Source: Lama glama
Taxonomy: Eukaryota
Length of the DNA stretch: 64,000 bases
Direction: 5' to 3'
NCBI GenBank assembly: GCA_028534125.1
Contig: CM052828.1
Coordinates: forward strand, 61,194,001 to 61,258,000
The first letter of the stretch is position 1. Every line of letters begins with the position of its first letter. Both the position numbers and the translations under genes were made by a program. Shown here piece by piece: positions 40,047 through 52,100 of the stretch. The notes beneath the pieces were generated by a model. The model had not been told where the DNA came from. It made no database searches and was given only the letters and a program-made list of their open reading frames with translations.

Positions 40047-41358
40047 ATGACCGGGCCTCCGGGAGTCAGCGGAGCTGCCAGCAGTGAACGACCAGCCCCC
40101 GCCAGGCCACCTGCATGGCCGTGGCTGAGCTGCTTTCTCCCGGGCACCCGGGCAGGAGGGTGGAGGCTGGTCTGGCCAGATCTACCAGGCTGGGTCAGGA
40201 GCCCCAGCCTGTAAGCTGTACCTGGATGGAACCCGCCGACCTCGCAGGGCTCTCCAGGGCCCCCGCAGTGGACGTGCGCGCTGGCGGAGGTTTGGTGTCC
40301 TGCCACCGTAACTGCACCTTCCCAGAGCCCTGCCTTCTCTCGGTTGGGTCAGAGGTTGGCAATCCGCGGCCTGTGGCTGGAGAGGCCCAGACCTCGGGCC
40401 TGGCTTGTTTCCTCGGCACCCGGATCTTGTCCCCACCCTCCAGCCACCTGGTCACCGCCAGGGCCCAGGCTGGTCACCACCTGAATGTCGCTGTCCGGGG
40501 ACCAGATGTCCAGGATGAGGGGAGGGTGTTGGGGCCTGAGGGTGAGACTGACTCTGGTGGCCACCCCTCTTGGCTTTTCTTTATCCCAAGAATGTCTCCA
40601 GACAATGGCAAAGCTGCCCCCACCCCTTGCCCCAGGCAGACGGGACGGGGCGGGTCACAGCTTTTTTAAGCACCTGCCACCCCCTAGCTCTGCCTCTTGG
40701 GCCGCAAGGCCCAACCGTTTCTGTCTGTCCATCCCGATCTTATCTCCCAGGTCTGCTCTGGCCAGTCCTGTGACCTGGGGTTTGCTGACTGAGGCCATTA
40801 GTGTCCGCCTCCCCCATCTCCCCAGCAGCGGCAGCCCTAAGCCTCTCTCTGGTCTGACCAGCCCCAGGCACCACCTTTGCGGGGGTTGGTGTTTCCAGCT
40901 GCACCTGAGCCTCCCAGTGCCCCCGAGTGTTCACCCAGTTCAACCTGGAGAACATATTTTTGGAGCAGCTGCTTCTGGAGCCCCTAACCCGGCCGAGAAA
41001 CCCGACACCCCACGGAGGGCTCAGCCTGAGAGCAGACAGGGGAGGAGCTGGGATTTGGGGCCTGGGGACCCACTTCCAGAAGAGGGGTCTCTGACCTTTT
41101 CTTAGGGGAGAACTTCTGAGTTCCCTGCCACTCAGGCACAAGTGGCAGGAGGAGGGACAGCTGAACTGCATGCTGGTCCAGCAGGGCACCTGGGGCCCCG
41201 AGGACATCAGTGGGGCTTCTGCCGTCACCTGGCTGGTGCGGCTGATGTTGGGTCCCGCCGGGGATGGAAAAGTGCAGTCCTCCATAGACCCCCACGTGCC
41301 TGGGGGTCCTGCCAACCTTCTAGCCACGGCACAGACAGCTGCCCCATGGGATTCAACA

Positions 41359-41450
41359 GAGCGTGGGGCACCTCCGTCCTCAGACTGTCACACGGAGTGT
41401 GGGGAGTGGCCCCCTGTCCTCAGACTGTCACACGGAGCATAGGGCGCTCC
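41359..41450. repeat. 40-bp-period tandem duplication
   Basis: GTCCTCAGACTGTCACACGGAG identical at 41376-41397 and 41416-41437. Confidence 0.85.
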
Positions 41451-44400
41451 CACCGTCTGCTCTCCCTGCAGCCGCGGGAGAGGAGTGGTCCTGACAGCAC
41501 GACCTGGCGGCCATGGCCCTGCTGGTGCAGCCACTGCCAGAGGCAGGCCCCCGGGCAGGTGTGGGGTCGGACAGCCGTCAGGTGTAAGAGGCCAGCTCGT
41601 TGGTGGGGATGTTCCAGTGTGTCTCCGGGTCCCGGTGCACGGAGGACATTAAAGCCCCGCAGGATGACCATCTCTCCTGTGCGACAGTCAAGGAACTTTC
41701 TGGAAGGGCCTTGCGGAGTGTCCAGTGTTTTTCGTCTGTGACCTGAAACTGCCCCTGTATGTCTCCTGGGAGGCCCAAGACGGGGGACCTACAGGGTGAG
41801 GGAGGCTGGGCTGTTGGCAGGACTGGCTTTGTGTCCCAGGGTGGGACAAGTTGATCACCCAATGGCTAGAAATCCCACTTCACTGCATTCTGGTGCAAGA
41901 AAGACCACCTCTGATTTTCCTAAGCCCACTTAGTCTGCACTAGGTCCCCATGGCCCTGAGCAGAGTGATTTAAGCCACCTCGTTGGGTGGGTGTGCCCTT
42001 GGCCCTCGGCAGACAGAGACAGAGCTGCCCACAGGAGGGCCTCCTGGGCGCTCCCTGGGGCTTCTGGGCTGATTCTGGCCAACCCGATAACTGACAAAAC
42101 CCAGGAAAGTCGTAGTTGGTCTGCAGTAACGGAATCCTTGGGCACCAAGGGTCCCGTCAGATGCTGTGTCCTCGGCCGGTCCTGCTGCCTGCACCGCCCG
42201 CTGTGCCCCGGACTCAGAGACCCGCCCGGCGCCGGGCCTGAGTGATGGGGCAGGTGAAACCCACCTCGTCCCCAGGCCCCGCTGTCCACAAGCAAGGCCC
42301 TACTCCAGCCCTTGGGTGGGTAACAGGGCCTTCGATTAGATGGGACACCTGGCAGGGTGGGGCCTGCGGTGACAGACACCTGAGGCACAGTGGATGGTGG
42401 GGCCCCTGTGCACAGGGCTTTGGTCTTCAGTCTCGCAATTCCCCGAGGTAAGGACGCCCCCTCGTGGGTGTAGTCACCCCCACCCCCTGCCCCAGAGAAG
42501 CATCTTGGTGAGACAGCGCAGGGCAGACTGGCGTCTCGGAGACTCGAGCTCCAATCACCTTCAGATTTGAAAACAATCTGAGTGGATTTTGGTTGTGGGC
42601 ATGATGGTGCTGGCGAACTACCCTACCCCCACCGCCCAACCCCGGCCTGCAGCTGAAACCACTGCTGGGAGCTAGCTGAGGCTCTGATGGTGGAGAGGGC
42701 AGGGGCCCAGGACCACCGGTGCAGTGCCAGAGAAAGCACACAGGGCCCCAGGAGAGGCTGCTCTCTGTGCCGAGGGGCGGTGGAGGAGGGCTGGCAGGTG
42801 GAAAGCAAGGCGAAGCGGGGACTGCGCTTTGATGAGGCCACGACCCCCCCTGGGCTGTGCCAAGGGGCCCCGTGGGAACCCGGGCTTCCTCCCGCTCTGC
42901 CCGCCTGGCGGGAATGACCACCCCCAGCAACAGGAATGGCCCCCGACCCCCAACCAGCACGGCAGAGGCCACCTGCAGTAACCGGTGCTGCCCCCACCGC
43001 CCCGGGCGCCAGGGAGCCCAGGGTCTGTAACATGACCCCCAGATGTCCAGGACACTGCGAAGGTCACCCATCAGCCAGGAGCCCCCACCCCCAGCTGGAC
43101 TGAGCAAGCCTGTCAACAAAGTCAGCATGCAGCCACGGCCAGTGGGGTCACCGATGGCCCCAGCGAGTGATCACCCAGCACCTGAAGGAAGTAGAAACAG
43201 ACAATCTCAGCAAAGGGATAGGGCTGTGAGCCCCGGGGTCGGGATGGAGGGGTTGTTCCAGGCTGTCTGGCAATGCCTGGCAGAACACAGTCCAGTCCTG
43301 GACCAAAGTCTTTGTCATCCCCCCTTGGTGGCTCTTGGGGACAGTGTGGGCCAGCCGTGTGCTCTCAGGGGCCCAGCCAGGGTGACCGAGGGACCGCTCC
43401 TGCTGATCCCTTGGACTCGGTCACACGCCCAACATGTCTCGGTGACCTTTCTGCTGGGCTCACTGTTAGATCCTCACAGCCAGCTGGGTGTCCCTGTGTT
43501 TGGTCTTCACAGAGCTGGATGGGCCCAGGCCCTGCAGCGAGCGTTCAGATGTGCAAGGAGGGTCATTCCCACAGACGGGTGGGCAGTGAGGCGTGGGATC
43601 CCAGGTGCCCCGGGAACCCCTCAGCACAGTCCAGTGGGGGGTTGGGTCCTCGTCACAGCCCATGGTGTGACGACCCCGACTGGAAATAAAACGAAGAGGT
43701 TACCGACATTTTGTAAGCTCACAGAAGACCAGTTGGAAAGGAAGCCTCTGTTTGAAAATAAGTTTAGAAATCGTACGAGACAGGCTCTTGGGTACCACCC
43801 AGACGATTTAACACGAATAAGCCTTGATGCGGCTCTGTACAAACCAGACCTCAGTCCCCCAGTGGCAGCGGAACAGTGTTTTCCGGTTTGTCCTTCTTAC
43901 GGGCGGGATGGAGGGCCGAGGAGATGGAGTTCACCCAGGCCGGGGCCTCGGGGTGTGACGGCACAGGTGGTCCAGGCCGGGGCACCTGCCCCGGCTCCTT
44001 GCCCAGCCCCGTGGGCTGGGGGCCGCGGGGCGTCAGTACTGGGTGTGGGCCGTGGGCGCGGAGGCCAGGCCTGCACGTCACAGGAGGCGGCGGGGCTGCA
44101 CCCCCAGGGCCGGGAGGTGCCCTTATGGGGGTCAGGGCTGGGCCCCCGCTTCCTGCGGGCACGGAGACTGAGCCTTGGGAGGAGAGTCTCCCTGCGAGGG
44201 CTCATCCGAGGGGCGGGAGACGGTGGCTGCACGATCTTCCAGGGAAGCCCCCACAGCATTTGTGGTTGGAAACACTGGTGCCTCAGAGAACATCTCCCGT
44301 CTGGCCCCGCCGCCCCGCCGGGCACAGGCAGGCGGGGCCCTGCATCTCCCAGCCTGGTCTGCATTATTCATCCCCAGCGCACCTCAGGGCTATCTGCTTA

Positions 44401-46379
44401 CAGGCGACTGGTGTTTTTGTGTCTGCACTGCCCTGGCCCCCCGAGGCCCACACCAGGCTGTCACTCGTGCTCCTTGCCTGCACAGCGGCCAGTGGCTGTG
44501 GACCTGGAACCGACCGGGCCTGTGCTGACGAACGGGCTTCCTGCTGACTCCCGAAGTCTTTTAACCCCTCTCTTTTTAGAGCTGGTCCTGGTTTCAGGGG
44601 CCTGGTGCCCACTCTCTGCTCAAACAAACAGGAGGAGGGGACGGGTCCTCCTCCACGATCTCCCCCAGGTCGGCAGAGACACCGACCTGGCAGGAGCAGG
44701 TGCTGATCAGGGTGTGGGGACCATGCTCATTCCATCTCTGTCAACAAGGCTTTTCTGGGCGCCCCCACGAGCTCCATGCGGCTCCAAGCAGGGAACAAAA
44801 GGCAGGGTGCCAGGATGAGCTTGGTTTCCTCACAGGACTGAGTGAGTGCCGGGGTGGCCCGGTGGCACTTCCTCACACCCGCCTTCGTCCGGCCCCGGGG
44901 CCAGTTCCCTGGCGCGCTCTGGCCCACTGCGGCAGCAGGGGCCCGCATGCTGGCACAGCACCCAGGGCCCACACTCCCTTCTTGGGTTGCTGGGTCATGT
45001 ATTTTTAAATCACCCTGATCATAATTTAAGAAGCTAAATTCTACACTCTTCATCCTCTCCCCTGTGCAAGCTGGAGCCTATGACATTCCTCCTTGGAGGA
45101 GGGAGGCCAGGGCAGGGAGGGGTGGATGGGCAGGAGTCCCTGTGATTCTGCCCACTGGTGGTTTCTCCAGAGCCAAAGCCTGGTGCTGAGAGGTGGTGAC
45201 TGAAGGAAGAGGGTGGTGAGCCGGTGCCCAGGCCAGACTCTGCTGCTGCAGCTCCAGGCCCTGGCCCTGCAGTCACCAGGCCCCGGCCCCCTCAGCAGGC
45301 GGGGAGGAGGCAGATGTGTGCGGGCCACAGAAGGCCACCTGAGCGTGGTGGGGACACCAGGGGCAGGCGATGAGGACCGATGGCCCGATGAGCCCCCTAC
45401 CCGCTGCCAGCGTGACAGGTCTTAGGATCTTCAAACGCTTTACAAGAAGCAGGAAGGAGGTTGGTATCAGGGAAGACAACAGGCATTTATCATCACTGTT
45501 TTAATAAATTAGCTTCTTAATGTCGGTAATAATTGGTCCAGACCCTCTGATTGTCCTCAGACCGGTAGAAGACAGATTTCCTCATCTTTTCATAACTGCC
45601 TTTGCAAGAGCTAGATTAAATTATGTTTAAAAATACCCTGATCCAGACGATCGCTCCCTGCAGAGTTCAGCTGCTGCAGGCGTCCTCAGGCCCGCGCGGA
45701 TGTACAAGTTGTCTGTCGGCATCCTCAGCTGGACAGCAGTGACCCCCACGCTGTGGCTGCACTGCTTGGGCTCCTGGAGGGGTGGGGGTTCCTGGGGGAC
45801 TCTGACGATCTCTGTCCCCACAGCTCGACACGCAGGCCTTGGAGGAGACCTAAGTCTGCTCTGGTCCCGTGGACTAGCCTCCTGGTCCTCAGTCCTCCTC
45901 TGGGCGGGGGAGCAGGGGAGGGGGGTGGTCATGAGCTGATCATGACTCACGTGGCTCCCTGCCCTGTGACCCTCCTGAGCTTCCCCCGCCGAGCCTGCCT
46001 GGGCCCCAGCTGCAGGGCAGCGTGGACAGAACACTCGGACACCGTGTGCCTTCTCCCCGACACACACAGGTGCCCCGGCTGGCAGGGCCAGGCCTTGTTT
46101 TCAAAGCGACCAACCAAATCAGACTCACCTCCTGTCAGAAAATGTTAGGAATTACTCTCCATTTTGGGCAGATGGGCAAACAGGCATCTCCACGACCACC
46201 AGCCGCTTCTGGATTTACTTCTCACCCTCCTGGGGATGGTGTTGGGGGAGATGGCGAGTTTTCAGGGGCTGGGCTGGTGCTGCCCCACCGACCATGTTTC
46301 TCACCCGTCCTGTTCCTCCGTGCCCAAAGTGAGGGCTGCGCGGAGGGGACACCTCGCCTTGGAGGGAGGAGGAGATGTC

Positions 46380-46780
46380 CCCTCTTCTCCCTGAGCTCTG
46401 GGCTGAGGCCCTCGTACAGTAGACAGAGGAACGAGACACGGTTCATTAATGTGCAGCACACATCACATATCACACAGCATGGGCAGCGTCTCAGCGGAGG
46501 ACAGAGGCCTCCCAGAGCCGGGGCGGGACCCAGGAAAGCCATCTCAGCCCCGAAGGGCGGCTACCGGCGGGAAGGGGCGTACACGGGACGAAAGTAAAGG
46601 GTGAGGTCTGCAGAGGCTGCTGGCGCCTCCCTGGGGCGGGGAAGGTCTGTCTCTAGTCAAAGGAGGATTTTCCGTTTTTAGGCAGAAAGAGGGAGCTTTT
46701 TCTTCTTAATTGCCTTCAGCTCAAAATAATTTTTATGTGATAGAGGCACATTCAGGGTGATGTCTTCTGGTTCCCTCACC
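46380..46780 (-). mobile_element. Degenerate ERV1-type solo LTR fragment (MER34/MER39-like)
   Basis: 3' part TTGCCTTCAGCTCAAAATAATTTTTATG...GGGTGATGTCTTCTGGTTCCCTCA resembles the reverse complement of the recalled MER34/39 LTR start; left boundary uncertain. Confidence 0.5.
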
Positions 46781-46829
46781 TTTCTTCTCCCGCTGGAAGT
46801 CCTCCTTGTCAGAGCCCTCGAACCCCACG

Positions 46830-47135
46830 GTGTATCATGACTTAAACACCACCACTTATTCCCGTATGACTCTGGAGCCAGGTGTCCAAAATGGGGTTCA
46901 CCAGGCTACAGTCAAGGCGTGGGAAGGGTGTCTAAGGGCGAACCTGCCTCCCTGCCTCTTCCAGGTCTGGAAGCCACCTGCCCCCCCTAGGCTCGTGGCC
47001 CCAGGTCCCCTCCCGCCTGGGGCAGCTGCTCCATCCTGTTCTGACCCCTCTCCCCCCTTCTAAGGACCCTTGTGGCGATGTTTAGGGCCACCTGAGTAAT
47101 CCAGGCTCACCTCCACCTCAGGGTCCTGAGCTTAG
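46830..47135 (-). mobile_element. MaLR LTR fragment (MLT1C/D-like)
   Basis: GTCAAGGCGTGGGAAGGG...TCCCTGCCTCTTCCAGGTCTGGAAG...GGCTCGTGGCCCC...TAAGGACCCTTGTG...TAATCCAGG resembles the recalled MLT1 consensus. Confidence 0.6.
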
Positions 47136-47204
47136 TAAGCCCCTGTCACCGCAGACGGTGCTGCTCCCAGGTCCCGAGCCCCGGACCTTGTACCACACAC
47201 ATGT

Positions 47205-47345
47205 GTGTGAGCCACCCCAGCTGAAGGCTGAGTGGAGCAGGGCAGGGTGTCCACTCCAGGCCTTGCCCAAATTCCAAATTCACCAGCAAAATAAATGCTC
47301 TTATTTAAGCCGCTACGTTCCAGGGTGACTTGACGCACAGCTGTG
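47205..47345 (+). mobile_element. MaLR LTR 3' end (MLT1G/H-like)
   Basis: GCCTTGCCCAAATT...AGCAAAATAAATG...TTTAAGCCGCTACGTT resembles the recalled MLT1 3' terminus. Confidence 0.55.
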
Positions 47346-48469
47346 GTGCTGATAGCCTTCAAGGCCCCGTCTGACTGTAAACACCTACCATCCTATGACT
47401 TTCATCTTCTGACCTCCTCCAAGCCAGAACGTCTTTCCTGGATGTTCTTGGGCAAGACTCGCAGGAGGGGTCCTCGGGCAGCCCCTGTATCCCCTCCCTA
47501 TCAAATCAACACCTGGCCAGTCTCCTGGTTCCTGGAGCTCTGTCTCGTGATAACTAACCGCCTGACTGCCACCCAAGTGTCAAGCCAGCTGCCTCCTGGT
47601 CATCCAACACCTGCTTCTTTCTGGAGCCTTCATGATGGCCCAGGTCACAGTGAAGCCCCTCCTGCCTGTTCACAAGGTGAGTATGATGCACACGGGGTCA
47701 CCTTGGAACTGGCCTGTCTCCGTGTCTGCTTTCCCACCAGAGCTGGGCGCCTCTAGGGCCCCAAGGCGGTGCCCACCCCCATGCCCATCCCAGCAGCTGT
47801 TTGGAGCAGTGTCTGTGCTTAGGGCCGGGATGGGAGGGGCCTCCATCCTGTGGTTCCACAGCCCACTCTTGCGGACCCCTCTAAAGCAGGCTCCCCTGTG
47901 GCCCTGACGTCACTTCGAGTCAGTCGTCTGTAAGGCCCCTGATCCCCATGAGCCGTCAGGCTGGCCTCCTGCTCGCCTGGCTTGCCCATTGGTACTGCCT
48001 CACGCCCCAGGGGTGGCAGACGCCACCTCTCAGTGACGGAAGCTCTCCCTCCTCCGCTCAGCCCTCTCCCTGCCTTTCCCTAAGTCCTGGCAGCGCTGCT
48101 TTGAATGCACTCTGCCTTGCCCTCCGCTGCTGTGTGTGCTATGCACGCAGGAGCGCTCGCTCCACCAGGACACCTGGCTGCTTTGTCTGTCCGTCCTTCG
48201 CACGTGTGTGGAACAGGGTCCAGTATATGCAGTGGACGCTGGACACAAGTCAAACGGCGTCTGTGAGTGAACAGTACTGTTTCCATGCTTAAAACTGCAC
48301 GTAAATGGTACTATCCTTAATACTGTGAAATACTTGTTCTAGGAGTTGTTCCTATCGATGCGTGAAGCGCTTCTGCGCGTTAGCCACCATGCAGTGCGCC
48401 CCGGGAAGCGTCCTGAGACATCGCGGGGTGCAAGCAGCATTCACCCATTCACCAAGAGCTCAGTTTGAA

Positions 48470-49100
48470 TACTGCGCGCCACCCTCTGAGAACAAAGGTG
48501 AAACGCGCATTTCTGCCCACGGAGCTGTGTGGGCAGTTGCGGGACAGACCCCCGGGGGCTGCGTGCGGGGACGCGGGGGGGCGCAGACACAAGTCCCGCG
48601 GGGCTCCCGCGTACCCCGCACGGGTCTTCCCTCCCCTGGTGTTCGATCTCCGGGAAAATCGGGAGGGGGCGGGAAGGCCGGGGGAGGGGAAGGGGGCGGA
48701 GCCAGGGCGGGAGCGCAGGTGGGAAGCGGGCAGACTGACGCGGACAGAAGGGGCGGCGCTCCGGGCGGCGGATCCTCGCGGCCACCGCGCGCTCCACCGT
48801 CGTCGCTGCGCAGGAGGAGAGGCTGCCCGGCGCCACCGCCCGCAGGAGCAGTCCCCTCCCCGCGGGAGCAGCCCCCCAGGGATGCAGCCGCTCCCGCCGC
48901 CGGTGCCCGGGCCCCTGGCTCTGCTGGACGCGACAGGTGAGCGCACAGGCGAGCACAGGCTCGGGCGCGCGGTTGTGGGGCCGCTTCCGCGGGGCTCGCC
49001 GCCCGGGAGCGCAGGCTCCGCGCCCTCTCCGCCCCCAGCTCCGCTGGGGACCCTTGGCGTTGGCGCAGGCCCTCCATTCACAGCCTCTGCGCTCCCTCCG
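48470..49100. promoter_or_regulatory. CpG-island promoter of TMEM255B with GC boxes
   Basis: Very high CpG density; GGGGCGG/GGGCGG motifs at ~48665-48760 just upstream of the ATG exon. Confidence 0.8.
48882..48936 (+). CDS. TMEM255B: TMEM255B exon 1 (coding part)
   Basis: gggATGCAG in the CpG island; GACAG|gtgagc; 55 nt. Confidence 0.88.
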
Positions 49101-52100
49101 CTTCTTCCTGGGCGTCTCTGCCCTTGTGCCTGTCTCGCCCTGTCCCTTTCCCCACTGTCTATTATTATGAAAAATACACCACGATAGACATAACCGGACA
49201 ACCCTCTCCTTCCCCCCCACAAATTTCTAGGAAAAGTTTGTTTTACGGACCCTGGTAGCATCTTCCTGCTTGAAAGTGACCAAGGCACTTACAGCTTTCC
49301 CGGGCTTGCTGGGCTCCAGCGCGTCCTCCCGGGCTTCTCCCCTCATCAGTGCGCGGAATCTCTCATTTGCTGATTTCCAAACCAAGCCCGATGAGGCCAG
49401 AAGCCAAGCCGGCGGGAAACAGGAAGCCGGCCGCCTGATCACAGGTTCCCAGTGCTTTTGTTTCTGTACCGCGAAGTGGTTGGGACTGGAGCAGTGCCGG
49501 GTGCGTTTTCCTGAAGGGGAGAGGCAGAGACGGTTTTGAAAAGAAGAGAAAACATAGTTGCACAGTCAGTGGTGCTCTGCCGGCTGGAATGAGGGTGGTG
49601 ATGTCTCGGCGCCCTGCTGCTGCTGCAGAGGTGAGCCGGCTGAACAAGCGTGCTTGACCTCACACCCTGTTGGGAGTGTCTGCAAAGTCTTTTCCAAAAA
49701 ACTAGATGAGTAGTGTTGCTTGATTTTCTGATAATAATCAAGGAATCTAGCTTCTTCCTAAAGGAAACAACTCTACGCCCCTACTCTCTAGAGCAAAATG
49801 CTCCATGACAAACTGACTTCCTTCCTCAGGGAAACACGTGTTACAACTGTTTGTTACTACCAGTTATTATTAACTAGCTGTCACTGTTGGCATCACTATT
49901 GTATTAGAATGGTCTGATGATTTAAAAATAGCACTTCTGACTTAGGTTTTTCTTCTGAAGAGGAACTTTGAATTTAAAAAATGCTGGGGTTGGGGGAGGG
50001 AATAGCTCAAGTGGTAGAGCACATGCCTAGCATACCTGAGGTCCTGGGTTCAATCCCCACCACCTCCACTGAAAAATCAAATAAATAAATAAATCTAATT
50101 ACCTCCCCCCTGCAAAAAAAAAATGCTGGGGTTGGTGTTTAATTTAAAAGCCCTAAACCTCATGCGTCTGGGCTGGGATGGTGGGTATTTTCTCTTACAT
50201 CTCGGCGTGCGCTACTTGGAAAAGCAGACCACAAGGGGAGCTGATGGCTGAGGGCACAGCACTGCCCGTTCTCCCTGGATTGTCGCTTTGCCCCCACGGC
50301 CGCTGTCATGAGTGAATGAGCTCCTTCTTCCTTCTCGGAGGCTGGGCCCTGCTGGCAGGGAGGCCGTGACAAGGACCCTCCCGAGCTGTGCCCCCATCTT
50401 TGCGACTCCTTCCTGGCTCCACTAAGTGGAGAAAGTGCAGAAAGGGGGGCAGCACGGGGTCTCCCCCGACCCTGCCTGTCTTCCAGACGCAGCCAGGTGC
50501 CCGAGGGGGCTGATGGTGGGCGGCAGGGCAGGGGCAGGAGGGGCTCCGGGGAGCGACCAGGTGCAGTCCCGAGACATTCTAGACGAACTGGAGTCAGAAC
50601 AGCGAGCAGGACGGGTGAGCACCTCGGCCTTCAGCTCCCACCTCGGGGCACCTCCCCTCAGCTCCCAGGTGGAGAGGCACCGGTGAAGAGTAAGCACTTT
50701 GCCGTCCTTGTGTTGGCACCCCCGTGGTCACGTGTTCATTACGTGCATAGAGACACACCTCGCGCCTTCCTGGCCGTTCTCTCACTGGGTCCTTACAGCA
50801 GGTAGGAGGTGAGGAGGCAGGTGGCTGTCATGACCTCTGCTGTGCAGATCAGGAAACACGTTCACCCTTCGCTTGACACCAGGGGCCCTGGTGGCCCTGC
50901 ACGACCCTGGCCCTCGGGGCTCAGAGAGGGCGAGCCTGGGCAGCCACACAGCAGTTGGGCACAGTTCCTGTAAGTTGCCACCATGGCTAGAAGCCTCATA
51001 GTACATAAGTTCACGGACAGTCAGGACACCTCCCCATGAAGGCCTTGGCTCTAGCACTGCGCACAGGAGGAGTCCCGCCGGTGGGAGAGGGGCTCGAGGG
51101 AGCCATTCAGGGAACACTGGCTTTTTCGCCCAGCGTGGAGGACCGGATCTGAAAATGCGTGGGTCGTGTGGTAATCAGAAAGGTAGCCTGCCTTCTTGAT
51201 TTTCTCTCTTCTTGTCTGTTTAAATGCAGAATTCTATGTTTGTAAAGAGCGTTGAAGGTCGGGATTCACCTTTTTTTTAAAATCTCTGTTGTACCTGGAG
51301 TCTAAGTATTACAGTTCGTGTCACTGGAAGGAGGTTGTTCAGGACCACCCTTCCCAGCGCCCCGGGCTTCACGTCCCCTTGAAACCTACGATCAAAATCC
51401 AGACAAGACAGCTCACGTCTTCCGCTTTTTATCACGTGGCAGTTTCAGAGGCAAAGGCAGACTCAGGAAGCAGTGGGGAAATGGCAGAGTTAGACTGGGA
51501 GTGGTTCCCGCGAAGATCTATGTGGTCCTGAAGGAGGGGTGTTTGATGCGTGTGTCAGAATGTCACGCCGGGCTTGACAAGGTCCCCCCGGGACTGGTGG
51601 CCTGGTGGGGCCGATCAGATCCCCGCTTATCACACAGCTTCCCTAAAGGGACAGATCAGGGCGGAGTCCAGAGCCTCAGGAATCAGAATGTGGTCAGGTG
51701 GGTCTGCCAGACGGGCCACAGGGGGCCACGAGACGAGGCCCAGACGGTCAGAACTGTGGTTTGAAGCAGCTGCCAAGACTAATGGTTAATTGTTTTACGT
51801 GTAACAGACGTGTAATGAGTGAAATTAGGGAAAACAGCAAAAACCAAAGTCCTGTGAAGAGCAGGGCGTTCGTCTGACGTTTTCTGAGATACGCAGCCGC
51901 ATCACGTTTAGTTTTCGGAGTCATACTGCTCTTACCCCTGTTTGAACAACTGGGATTGAAAAGGGAACCTAGGAAAGAAACCGCCGAGGAAGAGCAGCTG
52001 GAAAAGCTGCCGACCGATGGGAACCGATACAAGATTTAGGAACAAAGCAGGTGAATCGACAAGCCCCTTAGTGAAGGCGCTCTTGTGAGTGAGTTGCGTT

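Noticed and set aside
48362-49288. Overlapping 190-280-aa ORFs on both strands
   Set aside because: CpG-island stop-codon depletion; only 48882-48936 fits TMEM255B.
49994-50068. tRNA-Ala gene
   Set aside because: Degenerate stems and anticodon region, plus a SINE tail, poly(A) and TSD, show it is a retroposon.
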